Source: Felis catus (Eukaryota). From it: a stretch of 64,000 nt of DNA. A program made the translations under genes and the position numbers. Within the stretch, counting starts at the first letter, position 1; each line of letters starts with the position of its first letter. The notes under the pieces are model-generated. The model ran no database searches. It was given only the letters and a program-made list of their open reading frames with translations, and was not told the DNA's origin. Where the stretch lies: NCBI RefSeq assembly GCF_018350175.1, contig NC_058373.1, forward strand, positions 100,194,001 through 100,258,000, written 5' to 3'. Shown piece by piece: positions 39,950 through 53,449 of the stretch.

Positions 39950-40117
39950 ATACTACTCTTCATCAAATCTAAGATGCTATCACTACACTGTTCTGTTAGA
40001 TACCACTAAAAGGCAAAATATTGTTGAATAAACTGTGGCAAGCCATTGATCAGAAAACGCATCCTGATTTCCAAAATGTTAGCATAAAAAATGTGCATCT
40101 TAGAGTCAAGGAAATAT
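39950..40117 (-). mobile_element. MER104-like TcMar MITE remnant
   Basis: Inverted ends TTCATCAAATCTAAGATGC / GCATCTTAGAGTCAAGGAA. Confidence 0.55.
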
Positions 40118-40301
40118 AAAAATACAAAATATATGAGGCATGATAAAAATCACAACTGTCACTTCACCCTATCTTTTCAAAGCAAATAATGCTTTAAAAT
40201 GTGAATATATAGTTTATATATTATGAAACGTTTTATGCAATTTTCTCAAATTTACTCACAATATGAGTTAGAAAATTTTAAACATACTCTGGCTAACTTT
40301 T

Positions 40302-40503
40302 AAAAAAAAATTTTATTTTTTTATTTTTGAGAGACCGAGTGCAAGTGGGGGAGGGGCAGAGAAAGACACACACAGATCTGAAGCAGGCTCCAGGCTCTCA
40401 GCTATCAGCACAGAGCCCAACCTGGGGCTTGAACCCATGAACCGTGAGATCATGACCTGAGCCAAAGTCATAGGCTTAACCAACTGAGCCACCGAGGCAC
40501 CCC
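40302..40503 (-). mobile_element. Can-SINE
   Basis: Full body on the minus strand. Confidence 0.9.
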
Positions 40504-40517
40504 AATGGCCAGCTTTT

Positions 40518-40576
<59 letters not shown>

Positions 40577-40875
40577 TTATTTTCTTCTTATATAACTTAT
40601 TGTCAAATTGGTTTCCATACAACACCCAGTGCTTATCCCAACAGGTGCCCTCTTCAATGCCCATCACCCATTTTCCTTACCCCCCCACCTCAGTTTGTTC
40701 TCAGTATTTAAGAGTCTCTTATGGTTTGCCTCCTTCCCTCTCTGTAATTTTCCCCCCCTCCCATCCCCCCTGGTCTGTTAAGTTTCTCAGGATCCACGTA
40801 TGGTATCTGTCTTTCTCTGCCTGACTTATTTCACTTAGCATAACACTCTCCAGTTCCATCCACATTGCTACAAAT
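40518..40875 (-). mobile_element. 5'-truncated felid-type L1 3' fragment with (TTTA)n tail
   Basis: L1 3'UTR-like sequence flanked by near-duplicated TGGCCAGCTTTT / TGACCAGCTTTT. Confidence 0.8.
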
Positions 40876-40905
40876 TGACCAGCTTTTAAAATAAAGCTAA
40901 ATACA

Positions 40906-41084
40906 GGGGTGCCTGGGTGGCTCAGTCAGTTGAGCATCTAACTCTTTTGGCTCAGGTCATGATCCCAGGGTCATGGGTTTGAACCCCATGTAGGGCTCCA
41001 CACTGGCTGAGTGTGGAGGCTGCTTAAGATTCTCTTCCTCTGCCCCTCATCCCCGCTTGCACACTGAGGTTAAAACTTCAAATA
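40906..41084 (+). mobile_element. Can-SINE
   Basis: TSD AAAATAAAGCTAAATACA at 40888-40905 and 41085-41102. Confidence 0.9.
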
Positions 41085-41199
41085 AAAATAAAGCTAAATA
41101 CAAATCACCATTTTCATCAATGACAATTTTTATATACTTTATAACTCTTATAGGGAGGGTTTAAAAGACCTTAAGCATACTATTTAAAGGGATTTACTG

Positions 41200-42737
41200 A
41201 AATACCAACCTTGTAGACAATTTTATTTCAAATTATTTACAAGAATGGTAAAGCATATAATTTTGCCTTCTTTTAGGTTTATTTTTTTTAACATGGGTTT
41301 TAAGTACCATAATGTACTTAATAAAGCTACCATAGTGCCAAGTTGTAGGACTCCTGAAAAGGCAAAAGCAGGTTTGTTGCTTTTACTAGAAACAGATCAA
41401 TTCATAAGCATAGGTCATTAGCAGGTAAGTAGTGCACCCTCTATTGGTGAAGGGTTTCTATGGTTTTAGAAAGCCAACTTGAGCTTACTACAAGGACAGA
41501 AATCCTAAATCCAGTTGAGGTACGTGTGAGTGAGAGGGATGACAAGTGGTGGGTCTTTACTTTCCCAATTAATTTTACAAAGAGTACACAAAACTGAAAT
41601 CTTCTGAACCAGGACATAAATTAATAGTTCAACAAAAGATGCAAGAAAAACACAGACATTAGGATTCTAATGAAAGACTTTTCATCATATGAACAGGTTT
41701 AATGTAACATGGAATGCAAAAGATTAGAACCATTAATAAAATATCCAATTTTCCAACTTAAAAAAAATAATTAAAATAAATAAAATCAAAACAAGATAGT
41801 GACCAGAATAATAGTACCATGACAATCACAGTAAATAGAAAAGCTTCCATCAACATTTCAAGGATTTAACAAATGCAATATGATACTTATTTAAAATATT
41901 CCACTCAATTTTGTAATCTTTCATAAAAATGTTACTTAGAAGACATCAATGAAAAGATGAGAAATCAGGTTAGAAATACACAATATGCCAAGATTTGCTC
42001 ATTCACTGTTAAAAAGTACCTTATATTTGCTCTTAGGTATTTTAAACAAATGAATATATTTCACATATAAGACAGGTGGTACCTTAACTGCATAAGAATT
42101 ATATAAACTTTCAGATGTACACTTAAATTGTTTTATTTTGAATCCTGTCATATTTTATAATTTTCATTTCTACTTACTGAAAAGGCTAACCAGGTTGTTT
42201 GCCAATTCAGTATTAGGACCAACAAATGTTGGTCTGCACTACATTGAGTTATCTTACCCAATTTCACGTAATATATGGAAAAATGATAACACTCCTAAGT
42301 GATTTTTGGTGTTTCTCTGATTGAAACAAAAGTATTAATTTTGTGAATGTGATATAGCCTTATTTATGGTATATATATATATTTTTAATGAGCAGTACAG
42401 ATTGCAGACACATAACTCTACTACCTATACTCTTAACTACAAAGAAATGAAGCCAAACTTTAGAAAAATACAATGCAAGAAAAGATTCAAGTTAAAAATA
42501 TATTCCTTTGGTTAAAAATCATCCCCTTTATAAGACTCATTTGTAATCTAAACTCACAGCATGTCCCACAGGCCAAAGTAATCTTCTAAGTGTCATTATA
42601 CTTGTTGAATTACCATGTTATTTTCAATCCAGTATTTATGGAGGTCACTGGGTTGCAGCAACAAAATATTTTAACTCTAAAAAGAGTATTGCCTTGTTGC
42701 ATTAGCTCCTTTGACAAATGTCTTTCTTAAAAGATTT
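41200..42737 (-). other. GNPNAT1: probable GNPNAT1 3'UTR
   Basis: SINE-free AT-rich stretch after the stop; minus-strand ATTAAA at 41698-41703 and AATAAA at 41222-41227. Confidence 0.6.
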
Positions 42738-42885
42738 TTACTTCAGAAACCTCCGACACATGTAGTTTTCTTCAGATACTGTATATCCAAACTTTTTATA
42801 GAAACCAACATTTTGTGGTAGACATTCAAGGGTAATCTTATAACAGTTCAGTTTCTTGCTTAGCAAAGTAAGGGTTGATAACAAC
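42738..42885 (-). CDS. GNPNAT1: GNPNAT1 last coding exon
   Basis: ttgcag|[51 protein letters not shown]. Confidence 0.96.
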
Positions 42886-45800
42886 CTGCAATTCAAAAAG
42901 CAGGGGGAAAGCACAGAGCATTTGTTAATGAAAATGCATTTGAGTAACTTAATATAAATGAATAAATATTATATAAATAAAATTTCAAATTTATATTAGA
43001 AATGGGTTTAGGTCATGACCTTTCTCACTATATTCATTTAAATATTCAGATTGTAACTGGACAAGCTTTAAATCACCCAAAGCATTTGACTGTTTCAAAT
43101 ATAACTTATCTAAGTTGTCTCTAGCACATTAATAGAACAATACTAAATTCAACCTAAAATTAATGTTAACACTGGGGCACCTGGGTGGCTCAGTCAGTTA
43201 GGCCTCCAACTTCAGCTCAGGTCATGATCTCGTGGCTCGTGAGTTCAAGACCGGCATTGGGCTCTGTGCTGACAGCTCTTGCACCTGGAACCTGCTTCGG
43301 ATTCTGTGTGTCTCTCTCTCTTTTTCTGCCCCTCCCCTGCTTGCTCTCTCTCTCAAAAATAAACAAACATTAAAATTAAAAAAAGGATTCACGTTAGCAC
43401 TAAAGACTGTCAACTTTTTTAAAAAATATGGCCAAAATTTTGAATCTTTTTCCTAAATCTATTCAAACTACTTAGGAACAGACAACATTTCCACATAAAA
43501 TGAGTAAAAGCTTTGTTCTGTATCATTTTTAAAGCTAATATTTGTGAAAGTATATATCAGATTACTTCTGGATTGCTCTAAATAATATGAAATAGAAACA
43601 AAACAAAAAAAGTATACATTTTCCAAATCCTTAAAGAATCCAAACCCCAGTATAAGAATCTGATTCTAATGGCCTTAGGGAAAAAAAAACTAGATCTACA
43701 AAAATTTACCCAAAGGGTTTTCTCATGTTCACACAGACTGAAAAGTTGTATCATTTTGAAGACAGAACATCTTGACTGAAGTTAGGAAACTATAAAAGGT
43801 ATGACATTTAAGTGGACTAGAATATTAGAAATTGGTCTGTTTTGTTCACTGATGTATCCCAAATATCTCATAATATCTGGCACATAGCAGGTCCTAACTT
43901 ATTGAGCAACTTCCTTAAAATTCAGAAGAGATGGTATTAAGCAAGTTAAAAGATTTAGATAGGAACGCCTGGGTGGCTCTCAGTCGGTTAAGCTCCTGAC
44001 TCTTGATTTCAGCTCAGATCATGATCTCACTCTGAGTTCAAGCCCCACATCAGGCTCTGCGCTGAAGTGTGGAGCCTGCTTAGGATTCTCTCTTCTCTGC
44101 CCCTCCCCCCCCACTCACGCTGTCTCTTGTCTCTCTAAATAAATAAACAAAAGATTTAGATAAATGCATAGAGAATTATACAGGAAAGGCTATTTTAGTA
44201 TATGTTTCTAAAACTTAAGAGGCTGAGGACATTTCCTTTGTTTTTAAATAACACTGGGAAATAGGTGAATCACTTGGCCAAAAGTTTGTTTCCTATTAGT
44301 ATGAAAATATTAAAAGTCAATAAAAATGTTAGTCTATAAGACAGTACACTCCCAATTTCCTAACTTCATGATAAAACATAAAAATGCTTTGTTTCTTCCA
44401 TTAAATTTAATTTAAACTACAGGGTGAGCTTAATTAAGGACACCTAAAAAGAACTTCAAACAGGAAAACATTTTTTAACAAATATCTGGGTAAGATACTA
44501 TTAACTAAAACAGAAAAAGTATCTAATTTAATGAGGGTTACCTTGTTTCTGCCTACTTACAGTTTGCCAAGCTGCTTTCCTCGGCATTCATCACTAACAA
44601 CAACATCTTCTACTCTTCCTCTCTGAAAATATTTACAGCGTTTAAGGGACTAAGCATGTAGTTTTGTTTTTAGCTACATCAACAAGTGACAGAATTCAAT
44701 GATAACAATATTTTGTAAACTTGGAAGTTCACAGAAACCAAAATGCAACCCTTTTTTTACTTATTATAGAGGAAATAATATAATGAACCAATTTGTAGCC
44801 TAATCTTGTTTTGTCTATATCCAAAATCTTACCACTCCATTGTTTTAAAGCAGATTTCAGAACCCACAGAACCGAAATGTAATCTTGGCATGTTCCATCA
44901 TCTTACTCCTTGCTTAAGAGCAATTTCTTTCAAACATCCAAATATAATTTACTAATTTCTAGTAAAGAAAGCCCACCAAAATTTGTACCTCAGAATACAT
45001 TTGAAGTGTTTCTAATTTTCACTGGATTAGCTAGGTTCTCATGAGTCATGAGGAGTGATCAGGAGTTAGAAATGTCACAGAGCAGAATACAGTTGAACAA
45101 TGTGGTTTGTTTGAACTGTACAGGTGCACTTATGCAGATTTTTTCTAATAAATGCAATACTGTAAATGTATTGTCATGATTTAATAACATTTTCTTTTCT
45201 CTGGGGTGCCTGGGTGGCTCAGTCAGTTAATCATCAGACTCGATCTCAGCTCAGGTCATAATCAAGCTCTGTGTCAGACTCTGGGCTGACAGTGAGGAGC
45301 CTGCTTGGGATTTTCTCCCTCCCTCTCTCTCTGCCCCTCCTCTGCTCACGTTCGTTCTCTCTCGCTTTCAAATAAACTTAAAAAAAAAACAGTAACATTT
45401 TTTTCTCTAGCTTGCTTTATAAATAAAAATACTATATATAATATACATAACATAATCAACTGCTTATGTTGTAGTAACCAGTCAACATTAGTTTTGGGAG
45501 TCAAAAGTCACACGCAGATTTTTGACTGCAGAGTGTCAGCATCCCTAACTCCAATCTTGTTCAAGGGTCAACTATATAATATTCTGAATCTTTTAGTGCT
45601 TGAAAATGGATGTGGGAATTTGTGTTACTGTATATACAAAGTATTTTGTTGTTTTTTTTTTAAATAGCATTAGGGATTCTAAACATCACTGCCAAATTTC
45701 ATGATGCTGACTTGGTTTCCCTATGACTATACCAAATCTGACACCTTACAAAACAATGTTTAGCAAACAATTCAGATAGTTAATACATCTTCTTCCTAAC

Positions 45801-47208
45801 TCTGAGAACACAACACGAAAATGTTACTAAGTGATGTCTAAGAAGCAAAACTTTTTTTTTTCCAGGGCAATACAGCTCTCATTTTACATTGAAAAGCAGT
45901 CAGAAAATAGATTTGTCTAATGGAAACTCAAAGTTGATTTTGCTAGAAAACATTTGTTCATTTTATTCATAAGTATTAATGTGAACACATACCTTAGCAC
46001 AGGAATGGATGAATTTATGTTCTATTATCAGAGTTGCTGTAGCCACAATTTGTCCTAAAGTCACATCTTCCACAACTGTAACATAATAGTCCCCAGATTT
46101 CTTCATGTGCTCAAAAGATTCTGTGGAAATCGGACAAGTGTTATGTGGCAGACTTTAAACTTTATTAGGTGCCATAAAAATATTAGGATTAGCTGACTCA
46201 TTATTGAATATTTAAAGTGATTTCACCATGGCAATTTACTTTGTTTTCTAAAGAAAAAATTAATTATTATGGGGTGCCTGGGTGGCTCAGTCAGTTAAGC
46301 ATCTGACTTGATTTCAGCTCAGGTCATGATCTCAGGGTTCGTGCCCTGCGCTGGGCTCTGTGCTGGCAGTGCAGAGCCTGCTTGGGATTGTCTCTCTCCC
46401 TCTCTCTGATCCTCCCATGCTTGCTCTCTCTCTCTCTCTCTCTTAAAATAAATAAACTTAAAAAAAAGTTTTCAAAGAAAATATTAAAAATGACCAAGAG
46501 GTTGAAACATCAGCAATTACTATCAATTAGAATACAGTCCATACATTAAAAAAAAAATCTGCTAGCAAAGTACCACTATTAACAGCTATTTTAGGTGAAT
46601 AACACAATGCAAGTAAATTACAGATGCTTCCACTTCTGTGACTAATGAATGAAAACTCTAATATCTTTATTACTTTAAATAAGTTTCTTTAACCTTTACA
46701 CTCAATATTAAAAAGAAAACAAAACTGCAAATCTCTTATTTGTTTTTAAAATTTTTTAACGTTTTATTTTTGAGAGAGCATGAGCAGAGGAGGTACAGAG
46801 AGGAAGACAGGGAATCCCAAAGCCCAACATGGGGTTTGAACCCTAAACTGTGATATCATGACCTGAGCCAAAGCCGGACACTCCACCAACTGAGCCACAC
46901 AGGTGCTCAATTTACATGAGCAAATTTTAATTAAAATGTTTACATGGCTCCATTCTGTAATTTTTAGTCTTCTGGCTTCAAAATATTTTGACAGTGATCT
47001 GGTGTTTCAGGACTCTGACTTGCTTTTTTAGAAACAGAATCTGGTGCACCTGGGTGGCTCAGTTGGTTAAGCATACAACTCTTGGTTTTGGCTCAGGTCC
47101 CATCTCCTGGTTTCTCAAGTTCGAATCCCACATCCGTCTCCATGCTTACAGTGTGGAGCCTGCCTGACATTCTCTCTCTCCCTCTCTCTCTCTGCCCATT
47201 CCCTGTTC

Positions 47209-47250
<42 letters not shown>

Positions 47251-50200
47251 TCTCAAAAATAAATAAATATTTAAAAAATTAAAAAAAACTGAATCATTGT
47301 TTTTGTTTGCTTTGAAAGCACCTTGTGAAGTAGCTAAAAAATGTTTCCATATCTAATCATCCCAAAGTCACATGGCAAATAGGAGCAAAGATGGAATACT
47401 TTTCTCTCAAATTGATTTTTAGTACTTATCTTGGGTTTCTCATCTATCAGACATACAGGCAAAGAGGAATTCAGAAATAAAAACTGAGCCTAATATTCTC
47501 ACATACTGTTTATTTCTAGTCTTGTTCTAGATAGGGTTCTGGAGTGGGAAGAAGAAATAAATTCAAGGAAAACAGTGAGAATCAGAAAAGAGTGATCTTC
47601 ATCTTGGGAGGATCAGCTATAGTACAAAACAAAATTACCTGGTGACAGAAATGAAGAAATTGTAGAAAACAGGAAACGACAGTGTTAGAGCACTGGATGG
47701 GATCAGGAATGTTCTAATCCTTTCTTTATCAGTAACTATCTGTGATCTTATGTCATTTGACCTCTCTGGATTTCCATTCTCTCATATGCATTATAAATTT
47801 TTTTTTAATGTGTATTTATTTTAAGAGAGAGACAGGCTGTGAGCAGGGGAGGGGCAAAGAGAGAGGGAGACACAGAATCCGAAGCAGGCTCCAGGCTCTG
47901 AGCCATCAGCACAGAGCCCGACGCAGGGCTAGAATGAGATCATGACCTGAGCAGAAGTCAGACGCTCAACTGACTGAGTCACCCAGGCACCCCCATCTCT
48001 CATATGTATTATAAATGCTTATGACACTGGTTGACCTTAAAATTCAATATAAACAAACTAAATAAATTGAGAACATAATGTCTTAATCACTCTTTTTTAT
48101 TTGGTGATGAGATTTCCATGAATAACCTAACCACATGAAAAATACTATAAGGGGCGCCTGGGTGGCTCAGTCAGTTAGGCAGCCAACTTTGGTTCAGGTC
48201 ATGATCTTGTGGTCTGTGAGTTTGGGCTCCATATCATTTTCTGTGCTGACAACTCAGAGCCTAAAGCCTGCTTAGGATTCTATGTCTCCCTCTTTCTCTG
48301 CCTCTCCCCTGCTCATGCTTGGCCTCTCTCTCAAAAATAAACATTAAAAAAAAAAAATACAATATAAAACAATCTCTAAAGATGTCACCTAGATTTAATG
48401 CTACGATAATTGTCTAAAAGTCAGGTATTTTGTAAAACACGAGAATTGCTACATTTGGATTCTAGAACAGGTAACCACATTAAACATTTAAATAAGAAAA
48501 TGGGCATCTGGCTCAGTTGGTTAAGCATCTGATTCGATTTCGGCTCAGGTCATGATCTCATGGTACATGAGTTCAAGCCCCAGGTGATAGCATGATAACA
48601 CAGAGCCTGCTTGGGATTCTCTCTTTGTCCCCTCCCCCCGCCTCTCTCTCTCTCTCTCAAAATAAATAAACTTTAAAAAATAAAATAGCTAATTATCCTA
48701 TGAATAATTTCCAGCTATTTGAACACAAACACAAGTAGACACTGAACATAGCTCTAAATGAAAAATCTTGTTTCCCTTTATTTTCATTCAGGAAAAAGAT
48801 GCTGTAGTACTTACTCATAAATTGTTCAGGGTTGACAACTCCGGTTTCAGTCAGCTGACCTAGTACTTTAAAAAAACCTAGTTTTGAAAAACAGATTTCA
48901 AGTCATGAGAAGACCAAATGAAAGATCAAAAGCAATGTGTGAAGGTGGTGGGATTATGGGCACTTGTGTTTTCAGAACTTTCTGTAATCATTTTGAAATT
49001 AATCATTTTATTATTTAAAAATATTAAACTGAAACCCATTACTCTTTCTATAATCACTACATGAAACAAAGAATAATAGGTTTTACCAAGGATTTTGCCT
49101 GGAAAAGGATTTTTTAAGATTTTGGAGTCATGCAGACCTTAATAATTCAATATTTATAAAACAAGCAGGTATATTTTTCGATGTAATTTGCATTAAATTT
49201 GCTGCAAGGAATGCCAAATTTTCCCAAATACATGCTTTGGCTTTATTTACTTAAACGTGCAAGATTGTCATGGTCAAATAGGATATTATTTTTGAATTAA
49301 AATATAAATATTGTTGAGACTAAGTTTTAAGGAATACTAATTAATTTCATTAATGTTAAATTAATGTGAACATTTGAGAACTTTGAGAATCTTAACTTCT
49401 ACATACTCAATAATTAGTCTGACCAAAATTAGTTTCTTCAGATTTCCTACTAAAAAGAAAACTAAAAAGTTTATTTCTTATTACCAAAATTTAAGGAACT
49501 CATTTTGGAGAATTTATATTTAAAAAAAAGAAATATATGTAAACAAAACCTCTGCAACCTTTCCAAGTAAATTATCTCCACCTTCATTTCCCATCCAGCT
49601 TCTTAGAGAAGACTCTTCCTTATTGTCATTATAGATGATAATTTTACCTTTATGAAAAGTCTTTTTAAAGGATTAATTAGGAAGGAGTAGTGTTGTACTT
49701 AAGACATTTGAAATATTTCACAGTGATACCTGGTCTTAGCCATTATATATACATATTGCAATTGAGTGTCTCAGTCACTTTAGAAATTAAGTACAAAAAA
49801 AAATCCAAAAATCAAATATTATTTTTTAATATTCTCAGCATCATCATATTTTGTGGAGAAAACAGAATGCTAATTACAGTTGACTCTTGAACAACACAGG
49901 TTTGAACTGTGCAGGGCCACTTGTACATAGATTTTTTTCAATAAGTACATTACAGTACCATAAATACATTTTTCTTAATAACATTTTTCTCTATCTTACT
50001 TTATTGTGAGAATATAGTATGTAACACATAAAATATGTATTAATCAACTATTTCTGTTATTGGCAAGGCTTCTGGTCAACAGTAGGCTACTAATAAGTTA
50101 AACGTTTGGTGAACCAAAATTTAGACACAGATTTTCAAATGCACAGGGGTCAGTGCCTCTAACCCCCCATGTTGTTCAGGGGCCAACTGTAAAATTCTAA

Positions 50201-50380
50201 CCAAGATTTGTAAACCAAGTCCCTACCTCTATTTAAGTCAGCAGTACAAAGGGGCCTCAAAACCAAACCTTCTCCAGGATGTGTTGGGGAAATGGCTGGA
50301 GAAAATGTTGCTGTATTCTGGCTCCAGTCCACTTCTTTGAGTAGACTTGGGTCAAACATAGGAGTTTCATCAGGTTTCAT
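42738..50380 (-). CDS. GNPNAT1: glucosamine-phosphate N-acetyltransferase 1 (GNAT family), 5 coding exons, 555 nt, 184 aa
   Basis: complement(join(42738..42885,44561..44622,45993..46120,48815..48877,50227..50380)); [14 protein letters not shown]...[20 protein letters not shown] (acetyl-CoA motif A)...YMCRRFLK*. Confidence 0.98.
43174..43384 (+). mobile_element. Can-SINE
   Basis: Head, CT tract, tail. Confidence 0.9.
43962..44150 (+). mobile_element. Can-SINE
   Basis: TSD AAAAGATTTAGATA. Confidence 0.9.
44561..44622 (-). CDS. GNPNAT1: GNPNAT1 coding exon 4
   Basis: tttcag|[20 protein letters not shown](L)|gtaagt. Confidence 0.96.
45090..45574 (+). mobile_element. Tigger2-family MITE interrupted by a SINE
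   Basis: Same internal sequence as 49877-50189; right TIR TTGTTCAAGGGTCAACT; TA flanks. Confidence 0.8.
45203..45390 (+). mobile_element. Can-SINE nested in Tigger MITE
   Basis: Flanking TAACATTTT..TTCTCT duplication. Confidence 0.88.
45993..46120 (-). CDS. GNPNAT1: GNPNAT1 coding exon 3
   Basis: ccacag|[42 protein letters not shown]|gtatgt. Confidence 0.96.
46271..48685. mobile_element. cluster of six Can-SINEs in a GNPNAT1 intron (+46271-46467, -46742-46908, +47043-47288, -47798-47994, +48151-48357, +48502-48685)
   Basis: Recognisable SINE heads and tails in alternating orientation. Confidence 0.85.
48815..48877 (-). CDS. GNPNAT1: GNPNAT1 coding exon 2
   Basis: aactag|[20 protein letters not shown]|gtaagt. 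Confidence 0.96.
49877..50189 (+). mobile_element. Tigger2-family MITE (TcMar)
   Basis: TIRs CAGTTGACTCTTGAACAACA / TGTTGTTCAGGGGCCAACTG, flanked by TA on both sides. Confidence 0.88.
50227..50380 (-). CDS. GNPNAT1: GNPNAT1 first coding exon (exon starts at 50394)
   Basis: ttttag|ACCTTACTACAAAG-ATG; MKPDETP...ADLNR(G)|gtaggg. Confidence 0.96.
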
Positions 50381-52264
50381 CTTTGTAGTAAGGTCTAAAA
50401 TAAAATTTTAAATGGTAAGGCATTTATTTAATAGGGAGTTATGGCTGGTAAGAAAGTCTATTTCTTAATAAAAGTTAATGCAATTAGAAAATTCTTTTAA
50501 CATATATGCAATATATGTTCTATCCCGAATCTAGCATAAATGCCACCATCACAGATGAACAGAAGACTTATGGTTAACATCAGATAGTAAACAAATGACT
50601 AAATTTGTAAGTTTTAAACTTTAAAACTGTGTTTTCTAGCAACTCTTCTAAAATATTTTTCCTATCGGCTGGTGCTAGCATAGCACTGTGATTAGCTGAC
50701 TTTTCATGGGCTTTACTTTTTTTTATTATTGGGCTAAGAGATTGTTGGTCTTACCACTAAGAAAGACTTATTGGCCATACTACATGGTTTTTATATGAAT
50801 CATAAACAGAAGATAATTGATAAACTGGCTTATTTACTCCACATTCACTGTAGTATTTGGTCTCAGCTAGTAGAGATTCATATTAAGGGTATCTGTTGGA
50901 TTTTGTTTTCAGACCAGATTTTCTAAGAACCTATAACGTAATTTTCTCAGCTGCAATTAGGAAGCGTGAGAAGAGCCAGTGTTTTTCATACTATTAAAAA
51001 AATAATCAGTTATAGTACTATCCTCTTTTTTGAACATTCAGAAACTGGTAGATTCTTACTAGGTGTGGTCTAATAAAACAGCCTACACAACAGATACAAG
51101 GACAGAATGAAAAAATTATATAAAACATAAAAATGGGGGCAGTGGCACGTCTGTGGAACCCAGAGTTGCAAGAACAGAATCTTCGTTAACAATTATTAGG
51201 AGACTGTAAAGCAACCCCTAACTTTCATTTCTATTCCTTTACCCAGTTAAAAAAACTATTCTATTTGATACTTGCTTCTAGCTTTCCTTTGAAACAAAGA
51301 TTTTAAAGATATATATCCATAATATTAACATAACAAAAGGAAACAAACAGGAAAAATTAAAGTCTATTTGATGACAATTTTCCCAATAACCTCACTCCAA
51401 TTATGTTCCCTATTTCCTAAGTCATGATATGCTTAAGGGAAATTAGTCTGAACTTTTCCTTAAAGGTGGATTAAACCTCTGCATGTGTAACTGACAACCA
51501 TACAGGTAATGCTGCACTTACAGTGGAGGCTTTGGGAAGGTAGTGTGGTATAATAACAGCAGTTAACATTTGTTCAGCATTTACAATAGGTCAGACATTA
51601 CTCAAAGAACCTCACACATTACTAACTCATTTACTTCAACAATCCTACAGGATAGGGATGATTATTATCTCCATTTAAACAGACTAGGCAACGAAGTAAC
51701 CTGCCCAAGATCACAAAGTTAGTGGAGTCAGGATTTAAACTTAAGATGGAAAAGAGCATGAGCTTTGGAGTCAAGCTGGTGTCCAAATGTCAAATGTGAT
51801 TATAGCTAATGTATTCAACTCTAACAATCCGTTTACTCATTTGTAAAATGGAGATGAAATTATTAGAAGGACATGAATTACTATATACAGCACTTAACAG
51901 TGCCTGGCATACTGTAAGTGCTCAACAAGATATACTTCAGTTAGCAGCTAATTAAAATTCATGTTTATAAATCTGTGTTATTTTTTTCATCTTTAAATTA
52001 ATTCATGAGTCAGGCACTGTGCTGGGTACAGACAGAGGCTACAAAAAAGATGACAGGTTATATGTTTATATTAAACTGAAACATTCTTGGATAGAAAAAA
52101 AAAATCATAGTTTATTATGTAGAACACCAAGGGGTTTTTTCCCCCTCAAAAAGGACTTAAATATGTTAAGCTGTAAAAAACAAAACAACTATATCTGGTT
52201 CTAAGACTAGTAAGGAAAGGAAATAAATTGTGATGATTAAAATATTAAAACAGTCGTTCATATT

Positions 52265-52682
52265 GGGGCACCTGGGTGGCTCAGTTAAGTGTCTGACTCT
52301 TGACCTCAGCTCAGGCCATGATCTCATAGTTTGTGGGATAAGCCCCACATCAGGCTCTGTGCTGTCAGCACAGAGGGATTCTCTCCCCCTCCTCTCGCTC
52401 TCTGCTCTTCCCCCACATGTTCTCTCTCTCTCAAAATAATAAACATTAAACACACACACACGCACACACAATCTGGGGCGCCTGGAGCATCGGACTTCAG
52501 CTCAAGTAATGATCTCACGGTTGTGGGTTCAAGCCCCACGTGGGGCTCTGGGCTGACAGCTCAGATTCAGAGCCTGGAGCCTGCTTCAGATTCTGAGCCA
52601 GCCTCCCTCCCTCCCTCCCTCTCTCTGCCCCTCCCCCACTCATGCTCTGTCTCTCTCAGAAATAAACAAACATTTTAAAAAA
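52265..52682 (+). mobile_element. two tandem Can-SINEs (52265-52450, 52475-52682)
   Basis: Two heads separated by (CA)n. Confidence 0.88.
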
Positions 52683-53449
52683 CCACACATTCATATCAAA
52701 TTTAACAAGCTTACAGTCCACTTGAAACAGATTTTGTATCGGTTAACTTTAATGCATGCATTTTAGTGTTTGTCCCTGGTAATTGGATCCCTGAGGCTTT
52801 TGGGTATTCTCTCATCGCAAACATGGGTAACAACATTTTTTCAGGTAGGCAGATAAACAGGCTAAATATTTATCAATAGAGTAAAATGTATACATTAAAT
52901 ACAGAAGCCCGAAAGTGTTAAAAATTTAGTTCCTCAGGGCAAGACCACTATTTAAACAGTTTGATGTTCATTTTATTTAACATACAGTTGTAATCATGAA
53001 CTTTAAAGAAAGCTCAAAAGGGAATTTCGATGAACATTAGAACAATTTAAAGTAAGTAGATTACTTTTTCCTATAAAGTTGCCTGAGTTTACAATAAAAT
53101 GTAGTCTAGAAAACACACAAAATACAGTTAATAATTTCCAAGAGAGAAGGGGGAGAGGAGGTACACAGGAGAATTAGGATTACAAAGCCTTTAACTAATG
53201 AATTTTAAACAGTAAATACTAATATTTTCCTGTGCTTTTTATTTAACCAGATGGTCCTATTCCCTGAATGATCATAAAAAAATAGTATTGGCTAAAATTT
53301 ATGAAATGCTTTGTACCTGTTAACTCATAAAAATACAATGAGAGATCTTTCATTATTATCCCCATTTTACAGACCAAGAAATAGGCACAGTAACTTGCTC
53401 AAGATAACAGGGCCAGTAAGGAACAGAGTAAGGATTCAAAACCAGGCAA

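Noticed and set aside
42217..42234. Inverted repeat GACCAACA-AA-TGTTGGTC in the GNPNAT1 3'UTR
   Set aside because: An 8-bp stem is expected by chance in 64 kb.
5863..52678. Recurrent ORFs like [16 protein letters not shown]... suggesting a gene family or repeat array
   Set aside because: They are translations of dispersed Can-SINE copies, not genes or a CRISPR-like array.
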